DNA from: Histomonas meleagridis 2922-C6/04-290x
Taxonomy: Eukaryota; Protista; Parabasalia
NCBI GenBank assembly: GCA_020184695.1
Contig: JAANOX010000006.1
Coordinates: forward strand, 1-64,000
Direction: 5' to 3'
Length of the DNA: 64,000 nt
Part shown: positions 55,694 through 64,000 of the stretch, one piece after another
Layout: each line of letters begins with the position of its first letter
Position numbering within the stretch: position 1 is the stretch's first letter
Notes under the pieces: model-generated
Seen by the model: the letters and a program-made list of their open reading frames with translations, nothing else
What the model was told of the DNA's origin: nothing
The model's database searches: none
Made by a program: the position numbers and the translations under genes

Positions 55694-57148
55694 TTAATAT
55701 TCCTCGGAATAAACCATTTCATAAGGCCTTGGAAGCTCATCCCTTATTAATTTCTCTGCATCTGCTGCAAGCTCATCAATTTCTTCTGATCCCATTGTTT
55801 CTCTAATTTCTTCAAGAGCTTGGAAAAATCCATTTACATCCATTTTTGTAATCAAGTAATTACCATATGGACCTCCAGGTATTCCAACCAAAGAACAAAA
55901 ACATTCTAACAATCTATCCATGATTTCATTAGCATTTCCTATAATAAGATCTACCAACATTTCAAAAAACTCAAAATCATCGAATTCCTTTCTATCTATG
56001 ATATCATCTATTACCAACGAAACCAAAACTGCTGTATGACATTTGAATGTGAAAGATTTATCTTTTGCCATTTGGATAACCATATTTAAAATATTAACAG
56101 GAATGTCGTGATATCTCTCAGCAACTTTTATAAGGAATTGTAATATGTTATTCAGGTATTCATCAGTGAAGTTTTGTTGGTTCCAAAGAACTTTTTCGAT
56201 TTCACTAAACATTTCAGGCGATACAAACAAAAACTGACACATTTCACTACGTTGAATTGGATTGAAATCGGTTTCAAAACCGAAACGATAGGAAAAGTCG
56301 AGCAGAAGAAGTGACATTATCAATGGGAAGATGCCTGATGATATTTCTTGGACATTAATTAAAGGATATATGTTCCCAATTCCATGTTTTTCAATAACAA
56401 GCATAATTTGGTTAAGAACAAGTGTATTTTTTTCATCACATAAAAAATTTATAATTTGTGAAATAGAAATGGCAGAGGGTATAACTGTGTCTGGATCTGT
56501 GTTTTGAAGAGTGATAAATAGTGCTTTATCTACTAAAAATGGATATTGGTCTAATGGAATTTCTAAAGGAAATTCGGCAATAGAGTGTAAGAGATGAGTT
56601 AGAACAAAAGGATACTCTACTCTATCTGTGAGACGAATCCAATAACTCATATTTATCATTTTAAAAAATGATTCAAATTGCACTAAATCACTGATAAGAT
56701 ATTGTGAACTGAACTTAATGCCGCCCTCAGCATTTTCAAGAATTGAAATTATTTTTTCTATAAAATTATTATTACAATAATCAGTTAAAGAGGTTAAAGG
56801 TAAAATTGCAGCTATATCTGAAAGACAACGAAGAATGCCCCCGATGAGATCGATATCATCAGTGTTAATTAAAATATTGATCAATTTTTGGTTGACAATA
56901 AATAAGAAATGTTGATCTAAACAAGATTCATCATTTTGTAAATAATTACTAATAATACCAAGGATTTCTAACATGATATTTTTTTGTTCTTCCAAAGTAT
57001 TTGGAAATTTTTCAAAAAGAGATAATTGTTCATAAATTTTTGCATCATTTTCAAGCTTGAAAATATTTTCATTATCCTCATTTAAAGCATTACTAAATCC
57101 TTCAAATCTTTTTCTTCTGCTGGTCTTGTTGGACTTGAAGTGAATCAT
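55694..57148 (-). CDS. ARM-repeat-like protein with basic N-terminus (importin-alpha-like architecture, tentative)
   Basis: RRKRF followed by helical repeats; Inr TCACTT directly before the ATG at 57148. Confidence 0.55.
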   Translation of the reverse strand: MIHFKSNKTSRRKRFEGFSNALNEDNENIFKLENDAKIYEQLSLFEKFPNTLEEQKNIMLEILGIISNYLQNDESCLDQHFLFIVNQKLINILINTDDIDLIGGILRCLSDIAAILPLTSLTDYCNNNFIEKIISILENAEGGIKFSSQYLISDLVQFESFFKMINMSYWIRLTDRVEYPFVLTHLLHSIAEFPLEIPLDQYPFLVDKALFITLQNTDPDTVIPSAISISQIINFLCDEKNTLVLNQIMLVIEKHGIGNIYPLINVQEISSGIFPLIMSLLLLDFSYRFGFETDFNPIQRSEMCQFLFVSPEMFSEIEKVLWNQQNFTDEYLNNILQFLIKVAERYHDIPVNILNMVIQMAKDKSFTFKCHTAVLVSLVIDDIIDRKEFDDFEFFEMLVDLIIGNANEIMDRLLECFCSLVGIPGGPYGNYLITKMDVNGFFQALEEIRETMGSEEIDELAADAEKLIRDELPRPYEMVYSEEY

Positions 57149-57196
57149 TAAGTGATGTATCAAACATTTATCAAAAAGTGAAAATGAACGTTTATT

Positions 57197-57826
57197 TCAT
57201 GGTTGCTTGAAATCCACCAGTGCCTTTGGTGATTGCCTTTGAACACGTTTGTAAAAATCATTGTACTCAATCTGAATAGCCTTTAACTTTTGTGCTAATT
57301 GATTATATCTATATTGTGCAACTTTTTCAATTCGATCTGGTGTACATTCTGATAAAACAATTTTGAAGAGTTCGACTGTACAAAACTCAAGACGTTGTGA
57401 AATCTTAAGGAAGAACTTCCTCTCGTTGCTATCATATGTTTCTTCTTCATCTTCGTTATCATCAATATTTGTTAATGATATCTTGTATTGACTAATGGCA
57501 GCCGATTTAGAATCAATGTTAATCTTGTTAAGTAGTTGACGTATTACATTTGGAAAGTCCATAAAATCAATCTCTAAATCTTGTTTTTCTTTCATTTTTT
57601 GAAAGTCTTCTTCGAAATAACTCGATTCGAAAAGAAAATCTAGTTGTGTTTCATCATATAATTGGAAACGAACAGATTCAAGAGATTCATCATTTTGTTT
57701 AATTAATATTTGCAAAATTTCTTCTTTAAAAATCTTTTCTTGCGTTTCATCGTTCATTATCTTTACTGTTAATGTTGTTTCGAAGATTGGTGAATATCCT
57801 TCGTTGATTTGGTTGGTTGTTGACAT
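57197..57826 (-). CDS. SAS-6 N-terminal (head) domain protein, short coiled coil
   Basis: FQLYDETQLDFLF...EEDFQKMKEKQDLEIDFMDFPNVIRQLL...KISQRLEFCTVELFKI...AQYRY matches the SAS-6_N pattern; start at MSTTNQ. Confidence 0.7.
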   Translation of the reverse strand: MSTTNQINEGYSPIFETTLTVKIMNDETQEKIFKEEILQILIKQNDESLESVRFQLYDETQLDFLFESSYFEEDFQKMKEKQDLEIDFMDFPNVIRQLLNKINIDSKSAAISQYKISLTNIDDNEDEEETYDSNERKFFLKISQRLEFCTVELFKIVLSECTPDRIEKVAQYRYNQLAQKLKAIQIEYNDFYKRVQRQSPKALVDFKQP

Positions 57827-57986
57827 TTTTGTCAAAACCGCCAAATATGTTAACGGTATTTCTTGCAAAGAAGCAGAAAAAAATTTAACGAATACATATG
57901 TTTATAAATTAAATTACTTATTTTAATCGCACTGAAAAATGGGATATATTATTCATGTTATTTTATTAAACAATATTCTCATTAAT

Positions 57987-58358
57987 TTATTTGGGTCTTT
58001 TAACCTTTGGTGAAAGTTTTGGAGGTGGACGTTTCGTTTCTCTTTTATCTAATTTGGTGGGTTTTATGTCAAAAGGTGTTTCATCTGGTTTCAATGTAGC
58101 TTGAAGTGTATATGTAAAATGTTTTCCTTCTTCTTTTGCTGAAACTAAATAGTATGTTTCACCTGAAGACAAGTAAGAAGTTGCATAAGATGTAAGATTT
58201 TGTCTCAACAATTTCACACTTCCATCTTTATCACAAAAATCCAAAATCAAAGAAGAATCTAGGTTTGCGCATTTCCGAATATATTCTATAGCGACTCCAC
58301 ATTTTACATTCATATTGATTGGCTTTTTTTGATCTGCGAATCTTATGTACGCAAGCAT
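57987..58358 (-). CDS. Small CXorf65/C22orf15-like ubiquitin-fold protein (tentative)
   Basis: MLAYIRF...IEYIRKCANL...ILDFCDKDGSVKLL...YATSYLSSGETYYLV; from recall, not searched. Confidence 0.5.
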   Translation of the reverse strand: MLAYIRFADQKKPINMNVKCGVAIEYIRKCANLDSSLILDFCDKDGSVKLLRQNLTSYATSYLSSGETYYLVSAKEEGKHFTYTLQATLKPDETPFDIKPTKLDKRETKRPPPKLSPKVKRPK

Positions 58359-58497
58359 CTGTTTTGATTTTAACGTATTTCGTTAACGGTCTCTATTCCT
58401 TTTGATGAAATTTTCTTTCACAAAAATAATATTTCAAGAAATGCTAAACATTTTTTTCATATATTATTTCTATAAATGTTTATTTATAAATTTATAT

Positions 58498-59733
58498 TTA
58501 TTCCGCATGTATATTCTTATTTTTTATCATTTGCTTTAATATATGCTTATGTTTTTTCAACACAGCAATGAAATGTAAATCTTCTTTATTCTTATTAATT
58601 AGATATTTTACCATTTTTAACATCTTTTTTAGAACTATTGGATTATTTTCATTTATAGCCTTATCTGGAGGTGTTGATAAGAATCCATCTCTTAATGTGC
58701 TTCTGAACACGACTTTTTTTCTCCAAGAAATGAAAGTTTTTGTTTTCATAAAATCGAGAATTTCTTCGAATTTTAATTTTTTTGATTCTTTCTTTTTTGG
58801 TTGTAAGTTATATAAATCAACAACACTAAATTCCTTAAGTAATAAACTAAAATATGGATCTGTTTCAAGTTTCCTATCTATAATATCTAATACTTTACCT
58901 AAAAGACGCGTTTCTCTTTTTTCGATTTTATTACGTATTTCATTACTAGAGTTTTTATTCGGATTTTGTACACGTTCTGGAAGAATAATAGTGACTTCAA
59001 ACTGATTGCAACGTTCTAGAGCAAGAATATTCGTGGTCCCTACAACTTTATACTTACGTGAACCTTCAATAACTTCGGCAAAACGTGGATCTCCAAGTCT
59101 TGTATAAATCAGATAATCTTCAACGTATCGAACAGGTGAAGCAAGTGAAAGTATGGAAAAAATAGCATTAGAAACATGATATGCGTTGGATCCATAGACA
59201 AGAATACCTTTATTAGATAATAAAGCATGCCAGATTTGTTGAAGATCCGCATTGGGACCAAGCCATTTTATAGGATTGAAAGACTTATAAAGGACGTTGT
59301 TTGAGGCACTTAAAGAAAGTTTAAGAGTTTCATTTGGCATTTGAATTGAAAAAATTTGATTATCAAAATCCCATTTTGATAACATTTCACAAACTTGTGT
59401 ATATAAAATTTCTGGTGAGCTAATAGGTAACTTAGAAACTGCTTGCAAAAACTTTAAAAATTGAGCTGTTAAGAAATATGGTGAACAAAATGTTATTGAA
59501 CATAGTTCATTGTTATGAAAAAATGAGTACGCATAACATGATTTAAGTCCGATGTTAAAGGAGTGTATACATTTTCTGATGGTTGAATTTGGATTTTCTG
59601 GAAAAGCACACGCAATGAAATATTGCTCTTGATTATCAAAACCATAGCCTCCCGTGTATTTTTTAACTATATGAGATCCTTTTTCACGATCAAATTTTAA
59701 TAAACAGATTTCATCAAATAATTTTTGTTGCAT
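58498..59733 (-). CDS. DENN-like (DENND6/AVL9-type) protein, tentative
   Basis: IWHALLSNKGILVYG...VSNAIFSILSLASP...YLIYTRLGDPRF...VVGTTN. Confidence 0.55.
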   Translation of the reverse strand: MQQKLFDEICLLKFDREKGSHIVKKYTGGYGFDNQEQYFIACAFPENPNSTIRKCIHSFNIGLKSCYAYSFFHNNELCSITFCSPYFLTAQFLKFLQAVSKLPISSPEILYTQVCEMLSKWDFDNQIFSIQMPNETLKLSLSASNNVLYKSFNPIKWLGPNADLQQIWHALLSNKGILVYGSNAYHVSNAIFSILSLASPVRYVEDYLIYTRLGDPRFAEVIEGSRKYKVVGTTNILALERCNQFEVTIILPERVQNPNKNSSNEIRNKIEKRETRLLGKVLDIIDRKLETDPYFSLLLKEFSVVDLYNLQPKKKESKKLKFEEILDFMKTKTFISWRKKVVFRSTLRDGFLSTPPDKAINENNPIVLKKMLKMVKYLINKNKEDLHFIAVLKKHKHILKQMIKNKNIHAE

Positions 59734-59766
59734 TAGGTTTGTAGGACGTTAAGATCATTTAAAAAA

Positions 59767-60660
59767 ATGAATGTTCTTATGCCAGGTTATTTCCGTAACT
59801 TAGATCCCAACCACTTTTCATGTTTTTCTCTTATAAAAAATACGTTTCAGCGTGTTCTAGGAATTCCAACAGAAGATATCAATTTAATTTTATACATTAT
59901 GCTTAAAGATGAAACTGAAAGTTATGCTGTTCATGAAATGTTATCACAGATATCAATTATTCATAGTGCGCATATTGCCACAAACAAAAAATCACTTTCT
60001 GATCTTGCATCAGAGCTATCTATTAATTGTATTATAACATTTAATCCGAATCTATACCCAATTTCTATAAATTGGCCTACAATAACCAAACTTAGTACTA
60101 GTGTCGATAATTTTATTTTCCAATTAAATTCAAAACATCCCGATCAAGTTGCTGCTGAATCATTATTCCAACGTCGTTTTTCCCCAAATGAATATTTACC
60201 GGAACCAGTTCCACTTTCCATCATTAAATCTGCATTGGAGACTGCCAAACGTTCTCCATCTGCAGGTAATCTTCAGTCATATTCCATCAAAGTTATTACT
60301 CAAAAAGACTTAATTGCAAAAGTAGCTAAAGCGTGTTTTCAAGAAAAAGTTAAAGCTGGTTCAGGGGTAATCATATTTATAATCGAACATGAAATTTCAG
60401 CTAGAAAATATGGTAAAAAAGGAAAAAATTTCTTTTCAATTCAAGATACAACAATCGCATGTGCACATACACAACTTGTGTTAGAATCATATGGAATACA
60501 GTCAAGATGGATTGGTGCATTCCATAGAGAAGAATTCGAAGAATTATTAAGCTTAAGTGAAACACAAAGTGTTGGCGCCGTATTAATTTATGGATATGGA
60601 TTACCAAGAAATAGATCTAAGAGAAGAGATATATCGGAATTCGTTGAGTTTATTGAGTAG
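59767..60660 (+). CDS. Nitroreductase-family protein with ~125-aa N-terminal extension
   Basis: RRFSPNEY...ALETAKRSPSAGNLQSY...QDTTIACAHTQLVLESYGIQSRWIGAF...LIYGY. Confidence 0.88.
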   Translation: MNVLMPGYFRNLDPNHFSCFSLIKNTFQRVLGIPTEDINLILYIMLKDETESYAVHEMLSQISIIHSAHIATNKKSLSDLASELSINCIITFNPNLYPISINWPTITKLSTSVDNFIFQLNSKHPDQVAAESLFQRRFSPNEYLPEPVPLSIIKSALETAKRSPSAGNLQSYSIKVITQKDLIAKVAKACFQEKVKAGSGVIIFIIEHEISARKYGKKGKNFFSIQDTTIACAHTQLVLESYGIQSRWIGAFHREEFEELLSLSETQSVGAVLIYGYGLPRNRSKRRDISEFVEFIE

Positions 60661-60981
60661 CGTAATTTATTTGATTTCAAAATAAAATCATTAAAAAAAA
60701 TGTTTTTGTAATCCATCTTATATAAATTAGTGAATTTACTGTGTTTATGTATTGAATTAATGTAAAACTCAATTGAAGAACTTATTAATGAAAATTTATA
60801 AATAAAATATTGGATTTGTTGTGTCTTAAATGGAAATTGTTTTTGATTTTATCTCTTAATTTGTATATCAAAAGTATGAATAAAATTAATTTTATTTATT
60901 TGATTTAAAGGAAAGACAAAAAATTCTAATGCAATTCAAATGTTTTAGAGAACAGATTCATAGATGAATAAAAATTTCAAA

Positions 60982-62902
60982 TTATATGTGAAAATTAAAA
61001 TTATCTTCATTGAAATCTTTCACAAATGGATCTTCTTCAATATTATTCCTTGAATATTCAATAGTAAAATCATTCATTTCTTTCAAATTTTCTACGTCAT
61101 ATTCAGTTTCTTCTTCATCTTTATTTCCTTGTTTTCGATTACGAATTAATAATATAATAAGCAATACAATAACAAGAATAATTATTATTATTCCTATCAA
61201 TACTCCAATAATAATATAATTATATGTTTGATCATCATTTTGATTTTCATTATTTTCATTAATAATATAAAAATTAGAATAAAATGTGAAATATTGTGAA
61301 TAAATAATAACTGTATAATCATAATATATAAATGTTCTTGAAATATATATAAATGTTGAATTGATATTCGTAATAATAAATGAATTAAAATATGAAATAT
61401 AAATACTTAATGTTTGTGTAAATAATAAAATATTTGTTAAAATAAATGAATGTGTGAAACTTATATATGATGAAAATGTATTTGAATTAATAAATGTATT
61501 TGTGAATGTACTTGATTGTGTAAATGTATTTGATTTAGTAAATGTATCTGAATTCGAAAATGTACTTGAATTATTTAATGTATCTGATTGTGTAAATGTA
61601 TTTGATTTAGTAAATGTATCTGAATTCGAAAATGTACTTGATTTCGAAAATGTTTTTGATTTCGAAAATACATTTGATTTAGTAAATGTATTTGATTGTG
61701 TAAATGAATTTGATTTCGAAAATGTATTTGATTTAGTAAATGTATTTGATTTAGTAAATGTATTTGATTGTGTAAATGAATTTGATTTCGAAAATGTATT
61801 TGATTTAGTAAATGTATTTGATAGTGTATATGTAAGTGTTGGAAGAATGCATTCGTCAATTGTTCCTTTCGTTATCTTTAATTATCCAAATCGCTCACTT
61901 ATATATGTTTCATTGACCATAACATATTCTGTTGGAACATCTTGAAAACAATCACTTCCAATTGCTGGTGAAGTTTCGCCATAAAAATAAATACATTTCA
62001 GTGATGTACAATACGCAAATGCTTGATTTCCAATATTTTCAACACTTTCACCAATGATAATCGTTTCTAATTCATTACAGAATGAAAAAACACTTGATTG
62101 AATATCTATAACAGTATTTGGAATTATGAAATTCGTAAATACACAACTTGAGAATGCAGAACTTTTTATCGTATTTAAACTTTTCCCAATTGAAATTGTT
62201 ATTAAATTTGTGCAGAAATTAAATGCATTTGATTCAATTGAAGTGACTGAATCTGGAATGCTGAATGTTTCCCTAGGATTTCCAATAGGATGGATAAATA
62301 ATGAGTCTCGTAATCAATTTATCATATAAAACTCCATCGTTTTCATAATTACTATAATATGAATTATCTTCTGCAATTTTGATGTTTTGAAGACTATTAC
62401 AGTAAATAAATGGATTTGTTGATATTGAAGATATTGTACTTGGAATTGTAACTTCTTTAAGATTAATACAGTTTTGAAACATAAGAGATCCAATTGTTTG
62501 AACATCTTCACCAAAAATTACACTTTCAAGATTTTCGCATTCATTAAATACATTTCCACCAACTGTTGTAAGAGGACTTTTAATTGTTACATATTTTAAT
62601 GCAGTTTTTTGAAATGCACTTTGTCCAATACTTGTTATACCTACTCCAAATGAAACTTCTTCTAAATTAGAACACATACAAAATGCATAAAATCCAATTG
62701 AAGTGACTGAGTCAGCAATCTCTGCTGTAAGCAATGATGTCCATCCATAAAAAGCAGAACCTGGAATTTCTGTTATACCACTTGAAATGATAACATATTT
62801 TGTATTGCTTTGATAATCATTTGTGAATTCATTTGGATCCGTTATAGTTAATGTTGATGTATCTGAATTAAAAAGTTGTATCGAATGAGAAATAAAAACC
62901 AT
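60982..62902 (-). pseudogene. BspA-like surface protein with S/T-rich repeat stalk and TM; one frameshift (~62290) and one in-frame TAA (61882-61884)
   Basis: TpLRR repeats continue after the shift (PIGNPRETFSIPDSVTSIESNAF...CIYFYGETSP...ERFG*). The frame then appears open through the SNTFT[KQ] repeats, TM (IIIGVLIGIIIILVIVLLIILLI) and tail EEDPFVKDFNE. Confidence 0.8.
61470..61825 (-). repeat. 18-bp tandem coding repeat (S-N-T/S-F-T/S-K/Q)
   Basis: Repeated AAATGTATTTGATTTAGT and variants; ends approximate. Confidence 0.92.
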
Positions 62903-64000
62903 AAACAATATGAAAACAAATTTGATGTTTGCTTTACTTTTGGTTCGATGATTTAATGTAAATTTTATTAATAAATTTAGGATTTTAATAAATATTAAAA
63001 AAAGTAATGAAATTAAAGAAAAACAAAAACTTAAATCGGTTTGGAAAGAACCAGATAGAATAAGCAATTGTAACAATAGAGGAAATAAATATTTGTTCAT
63101 TCGGACTTGATAGATTAACAATTTTTGTGAAATAAAACTTCGAAAATATTGAAAATTAGATAAATTCTGATAAAGAAATGTGTCATTAATGTTTAATATT
63201 GGATAAGTAAAAGTAAAGTCCTTATCCTTCAGATTGGAATTTTTTATGTTATTATCAAACAAATTAAGATGATTCATATTAAAGACATTTCAAGACTTAC
63301 GAATATGGTTGGCGTTTTTGTTCATGTAATGATGAAAACTTTCGATAAAAATAATGGAACAAGCTTTTCAGACTTCGAAAGAAACGTTTCAACCCAATTC
63401 AATTTTGAGGTTTGTGAGATAATCAATTTTTCTGGGCACTGGGGTTTGATCACCATCATATCGTTGAAATAGGTACAGAACTGACAGATTGAATACTTAT
63501 CGTTAATTATATTGTGTCGAAATAGATCGTTTTTTGTTATAGATATCCATCAGTATTTGTAGTTTGAAGCTTTTATTCACAATTGTTTTTGATTATTTTA
63601 TATTTTTTTTTTAAAAAACAAATTAAACAGAAATTATATTTTATTCAAACAAATTGACGTTTTTTTGTATTGCTTCTATATCGTCTGTTTCAGCAGTTGC
63701 TTACATAAAACCCAATTCCAAATTTTCATTCCTTCTCATTATTTCACATGACATTTTTCTTGATTTTGGCTCGCCACAACTCAAAGCCATCAACAACTCA
63801 TTATTTCTTTTTAACAAATCCACATACAACAAAAAGCACAAAAAAAATCCTTTTGACAAACAATTCAAATTAATGATTAATATTAATTATTAATCAAAAA
63901 ACAAAATGTACTTTCATTAGAATTACTAATTTCGGCAGTTTTCATCAACAATTTCATACATTCTACAGAAGTGTTTTCTATAAAGAATGTACAAATTTGG

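Noticed and set aside
15943-61884. TAA reassignment to an amino acid (in-frame TAA at 15943, 24573, ~32844, 61882)
   Set aside because: Conserved genes here (HSP70, RPS5, RPS15, RPL36, Rab) end in TAA and long ORFs contain no internal TAR; the cases lie in otherwise disrupted genes or inside a spacer.
61454-61945. 163-aa plus-strand ORF of (D/E)xxNVF repeats
   Set aside because: Antisense shadow of the SNTFT stalk repeat of the minus-strand BspA.
62903-64000. Upstream extension of the 62273-63277 ORF and short ORFs at 63269 and 63654
   Set aside because: No domain signal; the BspA homology begins near the ATG at 62902.

Overview
AT-rich, gene-dense eukaryotic nuclear DNA from a parabasalid (trichomonad; Histomonas/Tritrichomonas-like by inference). 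Support: TCA(C/T)TT Inr elements, CCTTT (M5-type) ribosomal-protein promoters, BspA/TpLRR surface proteins, DUF3447-type ankyrin genes and TKL-like kinases. Bases ~1-6490 are an indel-riddled inverted copy of ~6506-14670, most likely a long-read fold-back artefact, so ORFs there are not real. The rest holds about 30 genes: two Hsp70-family genes, RPS5/RPS15/RPL36, tRNA-Ala(TGC), Rab, ITPK1, a SAS-6-like gene, kinases, BspA genes, and several bacterial-type genes. The standout observation is an ankyrin-repeat gene (14644-17326) in which every repeat is interrupted at the same position by an AT-rich, frame-breaking intervening sequence. About 68 nt must be removed to restore each 34-aa repeat. 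These segments have no usable GT-AG pair or trichomonad branch motif, share a central hairpin, and recur in a paralogue at ~32.9-33.1 kb. This is a candidate non-canonical intron or recoding (ribosome bypass) system. The mechanism cannot be determined from DNA alone.
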